DNA of 64,000 bases from Acidobacteriota bacterium (GCA_965209055.1 OZ242374.1:5088001-5152000), one strand, 5' to 3'. Counted from the first letter of the stretch, positions 1 to 12,377 are shown. A program made the numbers and translations. The notes: generated from the letters alone by a model not told the origin.

Positions 1-1970
<1,970 letters not shown>

Positions 1971-2058
1971 CCGCCGCGCACCGGGAACGAGTGGTCATCC
2001 GAGGGCATCGGGTCTGCCGCTTGCGCCCGGGCGGCTCCCTCTCCAGGCTGGTTCGAAC

Positions 2059-3708
2059 GTGACCCGATTCCGGGCGTCGAATCTGGTGCTTCTGGCAACC
2101 GGCTCCCTCCTGGCCATTTCCTTTTGTATCGCCGGCCTCACCGACGATCTCGGCGAGGGGGGCGTTTCCAGCATCAGCGAATCCGACCTGAGGTCGACGG
2201 TCGCGTTTCTGGCCTCGGAGGAACTCCAGGGGCGCCGCCCCGGATCTCCGTTCGGCCGGGTCGCGTCGCGGTACCTCGCCCACCGGTTCCAACTGTTGGG
2301 TCTGGAACCGGCCGGTGACGGGGATTCCTACTTCCAGCACTTCAGGTTGGTGCGGATGGAGCTGGGCGAGCGCAACTCCCTGGAGATCCGGCTACCGGAC
2401 GGCGCTTCCCCAAGGAAGCCCGATCTGTTCTCGGAATTCTGCCCGGACCCCCTTTCGGCCCGGGGCCCGTCCCGCGGCCCGGTGGTCTTCGCCGGCTACG
2501 GCATCGTGGCGCCCGAGTTGGGATATGACGACTACGACGGTCTCGACGTCAGGGACAGGGTCGTCTTGGTGGTGCGTCACGAGCCCGGCGAGAAGGATCC
2601 GGAGAGTCCCTTCCAGGGAGTCGTCGCCACCGAGCACAGCTTGACGCGCGAAAAAATCCTCAGGGCTCAGGAACGGGGGGCTGCCGGCGTTCTCGTGGCG
2701 CCGCACGTGCTCCATCAGACCCAACGGAGAGGGCTCAAGCGATTGGCCCGGTACTTCTGGCCCGAGAGGGGTCTCACCCGCCGGCATTCCCTGGAGATCT
2801 GGGCTGACGCCGTCACCATCCCGGTGCATTACGTCTCCGCCGAGTTGGCGGATTCCATGTTGGAAACGCAGGGAACGACGCTGAAGGAAATCCAGCAGAA
2901 GATCGATCGGGACTATCGGCCTCAGAGCTTGGTTCTGGAGGGCGTGGAAGCGCGCCTGGAATCGGAAACGGCGCCCCATACGACGGAGGTTCGCAACGTC
3001 CTGGCCACTCTCCCGGGAGTCGATCCCCGGCTCAACCAGGAGGTGGTGGTGGTGGGCGCCCATTTTGACCATCTCGGCGCCGACGAAGGAGAGGTCTACT
3101 ACGGCGCCGACGACAATGCCAGCGGCACGGCGGGTCTTCTGGAAATTGCGGAAGCCTTCGCCCGGAACCCGCAGGGGCCCCGGCGCTCCGTCCTCTTCGC
3201 CGGTTGGGACGCCGAAGAATCAGGCTTGCTGGGCTCCTACTACTATGTGGCGCGGCCCACCTATCCCCTGGAACGGACCGTCGCCAAGTTCCAAATGGAC
3301 ATGATCGGCCGCGACCAAGAGGTCCCCGACTCCCAGGACCGCCGATTTCTGGGCCTGGAGCAGCAGGGTGCGGACCAGAACCGGAACTCGGTGAACGTCC
3401 TGGGCTACAGCCGAAGCAGCGATCTGCGGGACCGGGTCCGGGAAGCCAACCGCCGGGTCGGGTTGGAGCTGCGATTCCGCTACGACGATCACGCCATGAG
3501 CCTGATTCGGCGCAGCGATCACTGGCCCTTCCTGGCCCACGGGGTTCCGGCGGCCTTGTTCCACACCGGACTCCATCCGGACTACCACCGGACTTCGGAC
3601 ACGGTCGACAAACTCAATTTCGCCAAGATGGAAAAGGTGACGCGACTCGTGTATCTCACGGCCAGGAGCACGGCCGACGCAGTCTCGAGACCCCGGCTGA
3701 ACCCGTAG
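2059..3708 (+). CDS. Secreted M28 family metallopeptidase with PA domain
   Basis: Signal peptide after GTG 2059; GAHFDH, GADDNASG, AEESGLLGS, MDMIG, SDH, DYH motifs; PA insert VFAGYGI; start approximate. Confidence 0.9.
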   Translation: MTRFRASNLVLLATGSLLAISFCIAGLTDDLGEGGVSSISESDLRSTVAFLASEELQGRRPGSPFGRVASRYLAHRFQLLGLEPAGDGDSYFQHFRLVRMELGERNSLEIRLPDGASPRKPDLFSEFCPDPLSARGPSRGPVVFAGYGIVAPELGYDDYDGLDVRDRVVLVVRHEPGEKDPESPFQGVVATEHSLTREKILRAQERGAAGVLVAPHVLHQTQRRGLKRLARYFWPERGLTRRHSLEIWADAVTIPVHYVSAELADSMLETQGTTLKEIQQKIDRDYRPQSLVLEGVEARLESETAPHTTEVRNVLATLPGVDPRLNQEVVVVGAHFDHLGADEGEVYYGADDNASGTAGLLEIAEAFARNPQGPRRSVLFAGWDAEESGLLGSYYYVARPTYPLERTVAKFQMDMIGRDQEVPDSQDRRFLGLEQQGADQNRNSVNVLGYSRSSDLRDRVREANRRVGLELRFRYDDHAMSLIRRSDHWPFLAHGVPAALFHTGLHPDYHRTSDTVDKLNFAKMEKVTRLVYLTARSTADAVSRPRLNP

Positions 3709-4512
3709 TCCCCATTGCTCTCGGGAATCAGATTCCTAATCCGATCCCGCATCTCTGCTCAAGGGAACCACCGGCAGTGTGGTGAAGATACCGTTCATGG
3801 CGTCCAACTCCACGGCCACACCGGTGAATTCCTGCGTTCCTGCAGGTGCCGTACAACGCATGGACCCGGTGAAGTCCGACGTGTCGTGATCGAACAGTTC
3901 ACTGATGAACATGGCGTCCTGGCCATTGGCCGGGAGCGTGACCGGCTGTGTCTCGATCAACTCGCCATTCATCATCAAGTGACAGGTCAACGTCAGTTCC
4001 GACTCACTCAGGTTACGGAAAGCCGCCCCTGTATCGACGCCTCCCATCTGACGTCGGACCGGGATGATGACGTCCCGAACCGGCTGACTGGCTCCAACTC
4101 CGGCAACACCGACTCCGGGAGCTTCAAAGCGAAGCACCCCGCCGATGGGACTGTCGAGACCTTCGGTGACCACTTTCACTGATCCCGTCGTGAGATCCCC
4201 CATGCCGTTGGTGGAAACAGTGACTTCTCCCAGGGACGGCAGCTCGGACTGGAGGGTCAGAGCGCCGAAGTCCGTTGTTGTCAGATTCCCCATGACGTCC
4301 ACCATCGATCCCGGATCGATGAGCCCGCCGTCCTCGCCGTAGAAATAGACGAGAGGTTGAATCGGCGTGGCTGCCAGATTCACCAACACCACGTCGGAAC
4401 TGAAGGATTCCCCGTTGGCGAAATGGGCGAAGTCCAGGGCCTCCTGATTCCCCTTGTAGAAGCCGGCCGCAAAAATGAGTGGCGGGAACAGATCCTCGAG
4501 TCCGGGAATTAG

Positions 4513-5702
4513 GGAAGGTCTGATTAAGTCGAGTCAGCGTTCTGCACGATAATCCCTTCATCATCACTGCGTGGGGGGAAAGACGATGTCGCAACGGACG
4601 TTCGCAGATCTGGAATACGACGCCAAGAAGCGGGTGACCCGTCGGGAGAAGTTTCTGGTCCGCATGGACGGGTTGATTCCGTGGGAGCAGTTGGAAGCCC
4701 GGATTGAGCCGTTTTACCCGAAAGCGGGACGGGGCCGGCGTCCCTACCCGCTCTCGGCGATGCTGCGGATCCACTGCGTGCAGTTGTTTTACAACCTGAG
4801 CGATCCGGGGATGGAGGATCTGCTTTACGAGGTGGAGTCGGTGCGGCGGTTCGTGGGTCTGAAGCTCACAGGGCCGCTGCCGGACGAGACGACGATTCTG
4901 AAGTTCCGTCATCGGCTGGAGGAGCATGGTCTGGGGGAGGCGCTGTTCGAGGAGATCGGTTCTCACCTGCAGCGTCAAGGCCTGCGGCTGAGCCGGGGGA
5001 CGATCGTGGACGCGAGTATCCTGGCGGCGCCTTCCTCGACGAAAAACAAGGATCGGGCGCGGGATCCGGAGATGCACCAGACGAAAAAGGGAAAACAGTG
5101 GTATTTCGGAATGAAGGCCCACCTGGGGGTGGACGCCCAGACGGGGGTGGCGCACACGGTGGTGACGGCTCCGGCCAACGAGCATGACGTGACGCGGGCC
5201 TCCGAATTGCTGCACGGCTCGGAGTCGCAAGTTTGGGGGGATTCCGGATACCAGGGAGTGCAGAAGCGGTCGGAGAATCGAGATCGGCCGGTGGATTGGC
5301 AGGTGATGATGAAGCCCGGGAAGCGTTGGCAGCTGTCGCCGGAGAGTGAGGCGGCGTTGGCCGAGCGGCGTAAGGCATCGGTACGGGCGAAGGCAGAACA
5401 TGTGTTCGGGTACCTGAAACGGCATTTCGGCTACGCCAAGGTGCGCTACCGCGGGCTGGCGAAAAACACCCAACGGATCTATCTGCTGGTGGGATTCGCC
5501 AATCTGATGATCGCCGAGCGCTCCGGTGTGACCGCCTGATCGGAATGCGGCACGGCTGTGTTTGAGGCTGGGGAAACCGTCTCGCAATCGCTTGGTCAAG
5601 ACCAATTCAGGGTTGCAAATCCCAGGTTAGAGCGTCTGGATCCGAAAAAGGGAGGGATACAAGGTCTGTTTCGCCCCATATGAGGACTTAATCAGACCTT
5701 CC
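4513..5702 (+). mobile_element. IS5-family insertion sequence, 1190 bp
   Basis: Perfect 18-bp TIRs GGAAGGTCTGATTAAGTC (4513-4530, 5685-5702); TTAG target duplication (4509-4512, 5703-5706). Confidence 0.97.
4586..5539 (+). CDS. IS5-family DDE transposase
   Basis: PDETTILKFR, TIVDASI, WYFGMKAH, WGDSGY, RAKAEHVF, RYRGLAKN motifs. Confidence 0.97.
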   Translation: MSQRTFADLEYDAKKRVTRREKFLVRMDGLIPWEQLEARIEPFYPKAGRGRRPYPLSAMLRIHCVQLFYNLSDPGMEDLLYEVESVRRFVGLKLTGPLPDETTILKFRHRLEEHGLGEALFEEIGSHLQRQGLRLSRGTIVDASILAAPSSTKNKDRARDPEMHQTKKGKQWYFGMKAHLGVDAQTGVAHTVVTAPANEHDVTRASELLHGSESQVWGDSGYQGVQKRSENRDRPVDWQVMMKPGKRWQLSPESEAALAERRKASVRAKAEHVFGYLKRHFGYAKVRYRGLAKNTQRIYLLVGFANLMIAERSGVTA

Positions 5703-6786
5703 TTAGACTAAATCGACGTACGAAGGTGACCTTGGGAGCGGTCGCGCTGTCGGAATCATCGGCGGGATCGTCAAAATGGTACTCGATGAAGCCGCCCTCC
5801 GGGTGTTCTTGGGCCGACTCGATGACCTGGGGCAGAATCGACTCTCCGGTGACGGCATCCTTAACTCTGCCGGAGGCGACCACGAACTCCAACTGTTGCG
5901 GAAATGCCCCGTGAAACCAGACGAGGCCGGTGGTATCCAGCACATAGATGTAGATGGAACCTTTTTTCCAGGGCCCCCCCTCATGCCTGAAGTCGTTCTT
6001 CAATCTTGTAACAACGGCAGTGCCTTCGCTCGCCAACTTTTCAGTCACGAATTCGATCGCCCCGTTCAGAAAGGCCTTGAGGGTCTCCCGATCCACCACG
6101 TCACTGGCGGTTACTGCCGGGGTGTCGGCAGGGTCGATAACGACCGGCTTCAGATGAGACTCCTGAATGTCGACCCCGGCCGTCAGGAGTATCGAGACGT
6201 TGACATATTCGATTCCGACAACGTAACCGCTCGACGGCCTATCCAGGGCGCCGCCGTCAGGGTTTGTGAATGATCGTGTTTCCGGATCGAAGCCGGCCGC
6301 GGCGGCGATTGGCGAGAGTACCTCCTCACGGAGTTGCCTGCCCGTCAGGGCCATGTCTTTTGAATGGAATGCCAGGGTACCATCGGTGGTAAGAGCTACG
6401 ATATATACCGACTCGGTCATCCAATCTCCCCCACCACTCCTGAAAACACACGACCCATACGCCTGTTGTACCGTGCTCGCGTCCTGATAGTAGTCTCTCG
6501 CCTGCCCCACAAAGGTCATCAGGTTGGCCTCGGTAGGATCCGCCTCCACTTGGGCGGCCGTGACGATGGGGTCGGGGACCTCCATTACACCTTCCGGGAG
6601 AGTGCATTCCACGTCCAACTGTCCCCAGACAAGGCGGGCATCGGAAAAAACGCCGGCCAGCATGAACAGGCCAACTGCAAGAAGAAGTAAAGAGGTCCCG
6701 GTTTTCAAAATTCCGGATTTCATAGTGAGATCCTCCTTCGTCATCCAGACTGCTTGAATTCGTGACGAATCAGTGAAATTAGGGTG

Positions 6787-6815
6787 ATTTTACGTGAACA
6801 GACCCTTGGAGGCAA
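6787..6815 (-). promoter_or_regulatory. Putative sigma70 promoter of the Cache-like gene
   Basis: TTGCCT-17 bp-TAAAAT on the minus strand. Confidence 0.5.
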
Positions 6816-7069
6816 TGAAAGGGACCGCGCCGCCTGGCGGGTCAGTGCGGGAACCGACGGCGCGGATGGCTTGATGGTGATGACGCTCCGCGCCAGCCCG
6901 GCGCGCACAGGCGCTCAATAATCGAATCGAGTCGAGCATCCTGCACGGTCACCGGAAGCAGCTCAAGCGGGAACTCGCCGGCGGGAACCGCACCATCCGG
7001 CCGGTCCGGAACTTCGACGACCGTATTCTCGAGGAGTATTGAAAAGAAAGGACCAATCCCGTAGCTCAC

Positions 7070-7446
7070 TTGGACCGGGCGCATCGGACCCGGGTGGGGC
7101 GGGCGTTGGAGCGGCCAGGCATCAAGGGGATCCGGACCCTGGAGGCGGCGAACCGGTTCCTACGGGAGGTGTGGATCCCCTTTGCCAATCGGCGCTTCAC
7201 GGTGGCCGCGGCCCAAGCGGGAACGGCGTTCACTCCGGCCGACGAGATCGATCTAGAGGAGATTCTCTCGCATCAGGAGAACCGGGTGGTGGGTGCGGAC
7301 AACACGATGCGGTACCGGCGGCGCCTGCTGCAGATCGAACCCCAGAAGTTCCGCACCAGCTTGGCGAAATGACCAAGGGGTCCGATATTCACCGACCGGA
7401 CAGATCACGTGTCAAAAAAACCGGACAACTTGACGTGCCAATGACA
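7070..7446 (+). mobile_element. Degenerate IS1202/ISNCY-type element: transposase fragment plus right end
   Basis: Peptide GRALERPGI..TLEAANRFL..NRRF..DLEEIL..RVVGADNTMRY resembles ISNCY/IS1202 transposases; end carries repeated CCGGACA motifs and terminates in ...TGACA at 7446. Confidence 0.75.
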
Positions 7447-7466
7447 TTTCAAGGTCAAGGGCAGAG

Positions 7467-7985
7467 CTACTGTCCCGCGCTCGCGATGGCGTCCAGAGCA
7501 GAGTCGTAATCCGGCTGCTCGGTCACCTCACCGACATATTCGACGTGCCGGATCACCCCTTCGGCATCGACCACGAAAAGGGCGCGGCTGGCCAAGCGCA
7601 ACTCCTTGATCAAGGTCCCGTAGTTCTGCGTGAACGACGCCTCGCGGTGATCGGAAAGCATGGAGAGGTTCTTGACGCCGGCGGCGGAACACCAGCGGCT
7701 CTGGGCAAAGGGAAGATCCATGCTGATGGTGTAGATCTTCACGCCCGGCAGTTTCGCTGCTTCCTCGTTGAAGCGCCTGGTCTGCGTGTCGCAGACGGGC
7801 GTATCCAGCGAGGGGACCACGCTGAACACGCGCACGGAATTCCCGGTGTCGGCCAGCGTGACCGGGGTCAGGTCGGTAGAGAGGGCCTGGAAATCGGGAG
7901 CTGGGCTTCCCGCTTCGAGTTCAGGTCCCACCAGGGTGAAGGGATTGCCTTTGAGCGTCACTGCATTGGATCTTTCAACCGTCAT
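7467..7985 (-). CDS. tpx: Thiol peroxidase Tpx (atypical 2-Cys peroxiredoxin)
   Basis: VPSLDTPVCDTQTRRFN, SMDLPFAQSRWC. Confidence 0.95.
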   Translation of the reverse strand: MTVERSNAVTLKGNPFTLVGPELEAGSPAPDFQALSTDLTPVTLADTGNSVRVFSVVPSLDTPVCDTQTRRFNEEAAKLPGVKIYTISMDLPFAQSRWCSAAGVKNLSMLSDHREASFTQNYGTLIKELRLASRALFVVDAEGVIRHVEYVGEVTEQPDYDSALDAIASAGQ

Positions 7986-8316
7986 ATTCGCCTCCTTGGT
8001 GGAGGGGCATTCTAACACGCCGGTGAAGAAGTGGGAGCAAGGAAGAAAGCCAGCCGGAGAAAAGCCCTTTACGTCCCCCCGCTTTCATTCCATCCATGGC
8101 TCCCCGTCCGGCCCGTCACCCCCGATCGGTAGAATCGCAGGCGCTGGTCGCGGGACCCGAATCAAGGTCCCGCTGTCTTAACGGATTGAGGGGGTGCCAC
8201 CGGGACCCATTGCCCCGGTCCGACCCGAGTTTTTGAAATAACGAAACTTTTTTACTCAAAATTGCATCAAATAAGATATTAGGAGCGGTTTCGCCCACGG
8301 GCGGCTTGGATAGAAA

Positions 8317-8667
8317 GTGGCGTTAGCAATGAAGACTTCGGTAATCGAAAGCGAGGGTCTGTACCCCAAGACCAGAAAGCCGGATGCCTCCCTCAGGAAT
8401 CTCGCTCTGGGAATTCTGCTGCAGGCATTCCGAGATATCGTAGCTCCCAAGAAGTCTGCCAGCAAAGAATGGGAACTCTGGCGCCAGGATGCCCTGGATT
8501 GGTTCTCGTCCGAAGAGAAAGATCCGGGAAGCTTCTTGTGGGTCTGCGACGTCCTGGCCTTGAGCCCCAAGGAACTGCGGGAGTGGCTGGACCTGTACAA
8601 CAGTTGCGACCCGGATCAGCAGCGGGAAATGGCGCGAAAGCTGACCCGCTTTCAGATCCGCCATTAG
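8317..8667 (+). CDS. Small helical hypothetical protein
   Basis: Coding-like composition, AT-rich upstream region; start could be ATG 8329. Confidence 0.7.
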   Translation: MALAMKTSVIESEGLYPKTRKPDASLRNLALGILLQAFRDIVAPKKSASKEWELWRQDALDWFSSEEKDPGSFLWVCDVLALSPKELREWLDLYNSCDPDQQREMARKLTRFQIRH

Positions 8668-8780
8668 TTTCCGCCGAGCACCGAATCGGAGCATGCCGGG
8701 AGCATGTGACCGGGAAGCAGCACCGTCCGCGCCTGTGCGGACGCCGTTGAATACGGTGACCATTTTGGCCCGGGGCTGAT

Positions 8781-9686
8781 ATGTTCAACAGCCCCCTTCT
8801 CGTTCTTGTCTGCAGCCTTCTGGCGCTGGCTCTCGCGTTGCTGATACTGGCGATCGGAAGGCGCCGGTGGGCACGGACCGTTTCCGCTGGCGTCGCCTCG
8901 AGTCCTTCCGAGCCGGCGCCGCAGGAGTCCTCCCTTCCCCTCATCGAGTTGAACGACGTCTACAAATCCTTTGGCTCACAGAAAGTCCTGAACCGGGTGA
9001 GCTTGAAGATCCAACGCGCCGAAACCCTGGGGATCCTGGGGATGAGCGGGGGCGGCAAAAGCGTCATGCTCCAGCTCATCGTCGGGTTGCTCTGGCCGGA
9101 CCAGGGCGAAATTCGTTTCAAGGGCCGCAGTCTGGAAGAGATGAGTGAAAGTGACCTGCTGGACGTTCGCAGACGGGTCTCCTACGTCTTCCAAAGCGGC
9201 GCCGTCTTCGATTTTCTCAGCGTGGGCGAGAACATCGCCTATCCCTTGCGGGAACGGGGCATGGCGGACGAGGAGCAGATCGACAGGCGGGTCGAAGAGT
9301 TGTTGGATGCCGTGGAGCTGGAAGGGATGGGAGACCAGGAGTACGACGAGTTGAGCTTGGGCTCCAAGAAGCAGGTGGCGATCGCTCGCGCCATCGCCAC
9401 CAATCCTGAGGCGATCCTTTACGACGAGCCCACCTCGGGTGTGGACCCCATGATCGGCAAGACGCTGTCCCGCCTGATCCGCAAGCTGCACCGCCAGAAC
9501 AACCTCACCTCGGTCGTGGTCACCCACGACCTGCAGTGTCTGGCCACCGTGTCCGACCGGATCATTCTGCTCAAAGACGGCCGTATCCATTTCGAAGGAG
9601 ATCTGGAGGCGCTTTACTCCTCATCCGACCCCTTCGTCCAGGCGTTCATCACGGGCCGGCATCCGGACGGGAGGATTGAGACCTGA
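8781..9686 (+). CDS. MlaF/Ttg2A-like ABC ATP-binding protein with N-terminal TM anchor
   Basis: Walker A GMSGGGKS, Q-loop VFQSGAVFD, LSLG signature, ILYDEPTSGVDP, VVVTHD. Confidence 0.9.
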   Translation: MFNSPLLVLVCSLLALALALLILAIGRRRWARTVSAGVASSPSEPAPQESSLPLIELNDVYKSFGSQKVLNRVSLKIQRAETLGILGMSGGGKSVMLQLIVGLLWPDQGEIRFKGRSLEEMSESDLLDVRRRVSYVFQSGAVFDFLSVGENIAYPLRERGMADEEQIDRRVEELLDAVELEGMGDQEYDELSLGSKKQVAIARAIATNPEAILYDEPTSGVDPMIGKTLSRLIRKLHRQNNLTSVVVTHDLQCLATVSDRIILLKDGRIHFEGDLEALYSSSDPFVQAFITGRHPDGRIET

Positions 9687-9687
9687 G

Positions 9688-10464
9688 TCACTTGGCGTCG
9701 GCCCGGAGAACCGGACGAACCGGGACTCCGCGTTCCGCCAGGAACTCCTTCACGGCGGCGATGGAGTACTGGTCGTAATGGAAGATGCTGGCCGCGAGGA
9801 TGGCGTCGGCCCGGCCGATCCGGACCCCGTCCAAGAGATGTTGCGGAGACCCGGCTCCGCCCGAGGCGATGACCGGAATCCGCACCAGTGAATCGACCTT
9901 CTGCAACAACTCCAGGTCGTATCCGGACTGGGTGCCGTCACGATCCATGGAGGTGAGGAGAATCTCGCCGGCTCCCAGCTCGGCGCCTCGCCGGATCCAT
10001 TCCAGGCCGTCCCAATCGGTCTCGTAGCGTCCGCCCCCGATGTAGACCTTCCACGACTTTCCGTGCCGTTTCACGTCCACCGCCAGCACGATGCATTGGG
10101 CGCCGAAGGCCCGGGAGGATTCCCGGATCAGTTCCGGCCGCTTGACCGCCGCGCTGTTCATGGACACCTTGTCGGCCCCCGCCCGGAGCAGTTCCCGGAT
10201 TCGCGCCAGCGAGGTGATTCCTCCTCCGACGGTAAAGGGTATGAAGATGGAGTCGGCGACTCTTCGGACCCAGTGCAGGGTCGTCTTCCGCTCCTCGACG
10301 GTTGCGGTGATGTCCAGGAACACCAACTCGTCCGCTCCCTCCCGGTAATACCGCCGGCCCAGCTCCACCGGGTCCCCGGCATCCCTCAGGTCCACGAAAT
10401 GGATGCCTTTGACCACGCGCCCGCCGGCGACGTCGAGGCACGGAATGATGCGCTTAGCCAACAC
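9688..10464 (-). CDS. hisF: Imidazole glycerol phosphate synthase cyclase subunit
   Basis: [35 protein letters not shown]; GTG start with GGAGGA SD. Confidence 0.97.
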   Translation of the reverse strand: MLAKRIIPCLDVAGGRVVKGIHFVDLRDAGDPVELGRRYYREGADELVFLDITATVEERKTTLHWVRRVADSIFIPFTVGGGITSLARIRELLRAGADKVSMNSAAVKRPELIRESSRAFGAQCIVLAVDVKRHGKSWKVYIGGGRYETDWDGLEWIRRGAELGAGEILLTSMDRDGTQSGYDLELLQKVDSLVRIPVIASGGAGSPQHLLDGVRIGRADAILAASIFHYDQYSIAAVKEFLAERGVPVRPVLRADAK

Positions 10465-11173
10465 GAGCCATCTCCTCCAATGAGATCTTCCCCTCGTAGA
10501 ACGCCCGGCCGATAATGGCTCCCCCCACACCCATTCCGTCGAGCCTGGAAAGGTGCCCGGGTGTCGTGACGCCGCCGGCAGCCACCAGCAACACGTGAGC
10601 AGGCAACAATCCCAAGATTGTCCGGCAGGCTGCGTACCCGGGGCGTTTGAGCATTCCGTCCTGTTCCACGTCGGTGCAGATGATCTGCTCGATACCCCAG
10701 TCCAGAATTCTCCGGAGCACGGCCTCCAACGCCAGGCTGCTCTCCCGCTCCCAACCCTGCGCCTGGAGGCGGCCGCGGCGCAGGTCGACACTCACGATGA
10801 AGGGAGAGGGTCCCCATTTGGAGATCCATCCCTCCACCCTTTCCGGGGTCTCCAGGACCGACGTGCCGAGGATCAGATGGCCGGCGCCCCAGTCCAGGAG
10901 CTGGGAGACATCCGCTTCCTCACGAATGCCGCCGCCGATCTGGACGGTGGCCCGCACTCGGGAGAGAATCCTGCGGATCGAATTCCGGTTGCGGCCTTCC
11001 CCAAAGCGGGCGCCTTCCAGGTCCACCACGTGAATCCGCGTCAGACCCGCCTCCTGGAACTCCAGGGCCTGCTCCACCGGGTCCCCCGAGTAGACCTTCT
11101 TGCGATGGAATTCGCCTCGAACCAGGCGCACGCATTTTCCATCCACCAGATCGATGGCCGGGATTACGAGCAT
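10454..11173 (-). CDS. hisA: ProFAR isomerase
   Basis: [36 protein letters not shown]. Confidence 0.95.
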   Translation of the reverse strand: MLVIPAIDLVDGKCVRLVRGEFHRKKVYSGDPVEQALEFQEAGLTRIHVVDLEGARFGEGRNRNSIRRILSRVRATVQIGGGIREEADVSQLLDWGAGHLILGTSVLETPERVEGWISKWGPSPFIVSVDLRRGRLQAQGWERESSLALEAVLRRILDWGIEQIICTDVEQDGMLKRPGYAACRTILGLLPAHVLLVAAGGVTTPGHLSRLDGMGVGGAIIGRAFYEGKISLEEMARVG

Positions 11174-11787
11174 GGCTCGCCCACCGCGACGAAGTTCTTG
11201 AGCACCCGGAGCCCCGGCTCGCCTGACCGCTCCGGATGAAACTGGACGCCCCAGAAATTCTTCCGGGAAACCATGGAGGCGAAGGAACCGGAATAGTCGG
11301 TGACCGCCACCGTCTCGGCCGAACCGGAAGGAGCGTAGTAACTGTGCACGAAATAGAAGTAGGAACCATCGGGGATGCCGTCGAGCAACCTGCCTGCGCC
11401 TGCCTCGGCCGGCGACGAGCCGCTGCGCCGGATCTGGTTCCATCCGATATGAGGCACCTTGACCCTGGAATCGTCGAAGCTCCGCACGCGGCCGCCCATG
11501 ACCCCCAGGCAGGGGGTGTCCTCCTCGTCGGAGACGTCGAACAGGATCTGCAGACCCAGGCAGATCCCCAGGAACGGAACCCGGAGCCGTTGAATGACCG
11601 GGACCAGTCCCTGCTCCCGCAAGGAATCCATGGCGGCCCGGGCCGAGCCCACTCCGGGAAGGATCACCTTGGAAGCCCTTGCGACCCGTTCGGGATTCCC
11701 GGAAAAGACGAAGTCCACACCCAGATAGGCCAAGGCGTTGCCCACGTTGTAGAGATTTCCAGCCTCGTAATCCACGACGACGATCAT
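11164..11787 (-). CDS. hisH: IGP synthase glutaminase subunit
   Basis: LPGVGS, GICLGLQ, VPHIGWN, YFVHSY, QFHPERS. Confidence 0.96.
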   Translation of the reverse strand: MIVVVDYEAGNLYNVGNALAYLGVDFVFSGNPERVARASKVILPGVGSARAAMDSLREQGLVPVIQRLRVPFLGICLGLQILFDVSDEEDTPCLGVMGGRVRSFDDSRVKVPHIGWNQIRRSGSSPAEAGAGRLLDGIPDGSYFYFVHSYYAPSGSAETVAVTDYSGSFASMVSRKNFWGVQFHPERSGEPGLRVLKNFVAVGEPCS

Positions 11788-12377
11788 AGGCTCCCCTTGG
11801 TGGAGGGGATCTTCCCTCCGGCGTCGGGATCGAGGCTCACGGCAGTGCGCAGAGCCCGGCCGAATCCCTTGAACATGGCCTCGATACGATGGTGTTCGTT
11901 CTCTCCCGGATTGAGGAACTGGATGTGGAGGTTGGCGCCCACCTCGAAGGCGAGTGACCGGAAGAAATGCGGCGCCATTTCGGTGGCCAGGTCTCCCACT
12001 TTCTCTCTCGCGGGGCGGTAGTCGGTATGGAAAGCGAAGCGGCCTCCCAGATCCAGGGCCACCGCCACCAGGACCTCGTCCATGGGCAGCAACGTCCACC
12101 CGTAGCGGCGGATTCCCCGCTTCTCTCCCAAGGCCTGTTTCAACGCCTGGCCCAGGACGATCCCCACGTCCTCGATCAGGTGATGGTCGTCGACCTGCAG
12201 GTCTCCCTCGCCCCGGACCCGGAGATCCATGGAAGAGTGCAAGGCCAACAGCTCCAGCATGTGACTCAGGAAGCCGGCCTCCAACCGGGCCGAGAAGCGG
12301 CCCTGGCCGTCCAGATTCAGCTCGATCCGAACCTGGGTTTCTCTGGTGTGTCGATCAACCAATGCTGTTCTCTTCAC
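11784..12377 (-). CDS. hisB: Imidazoleglycerol-phosphate dehydratase (monofunctional)
   Basis: RHTRETQ, DDHHLIED, LPMDE, NEHHRIEAMFK; no N-terminal phosphatase domain. Confidence 0.96.
   Translation of the reverse strand: MKRTALVDRHTRETQVRIELNLDGQGRFSARLEAGFLSHMLELLALHSSMDLRVRGEGDLQVDDHHLIEDVGIVLGQALKQALGEKRGIRRYGWTLLPMDEVLVAVALDLGGRFAFHTDYRPAREKVGDLATEMAPHFFRSLAFEVGANLHIQFLNPGENEHHRIEAMFKGFGRALRTAVSLDPDAGGKIPSTKGSL

Larger units (their letters stand above)
3736..6723 (-). pseudogene. Secreted tandem Cache-like domain protein (~597 aa) interrupted by IS5
   Basis: Removing 4513-5702 plus one TTAG joins ...TFVRRFSL to IPGLEDLFPPLIFAAGFYKGNQEALDFAHFANG... in frame with ORF 3736..4392; SD AAGGAGGA and signal peptide at 6723. 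Confidence 0.88.

Noticed and set aside
6758-6770. Palindrome ATTCGT-G-ACGAAT upstream of the Cache-like gene
   Set aside because: Short single instance with no regulator nearby; could be chance.
6842-7084. 80-aa minus-strand ORF next to the IS relic
   Set aside because: Could be the tail of a truncated gene, but has no recognisable motif or credible start.
7447-7466. dif/Xer site beside the IS1202-like end
   Set aside because: No XerC/XerD-like sequence adjacent.
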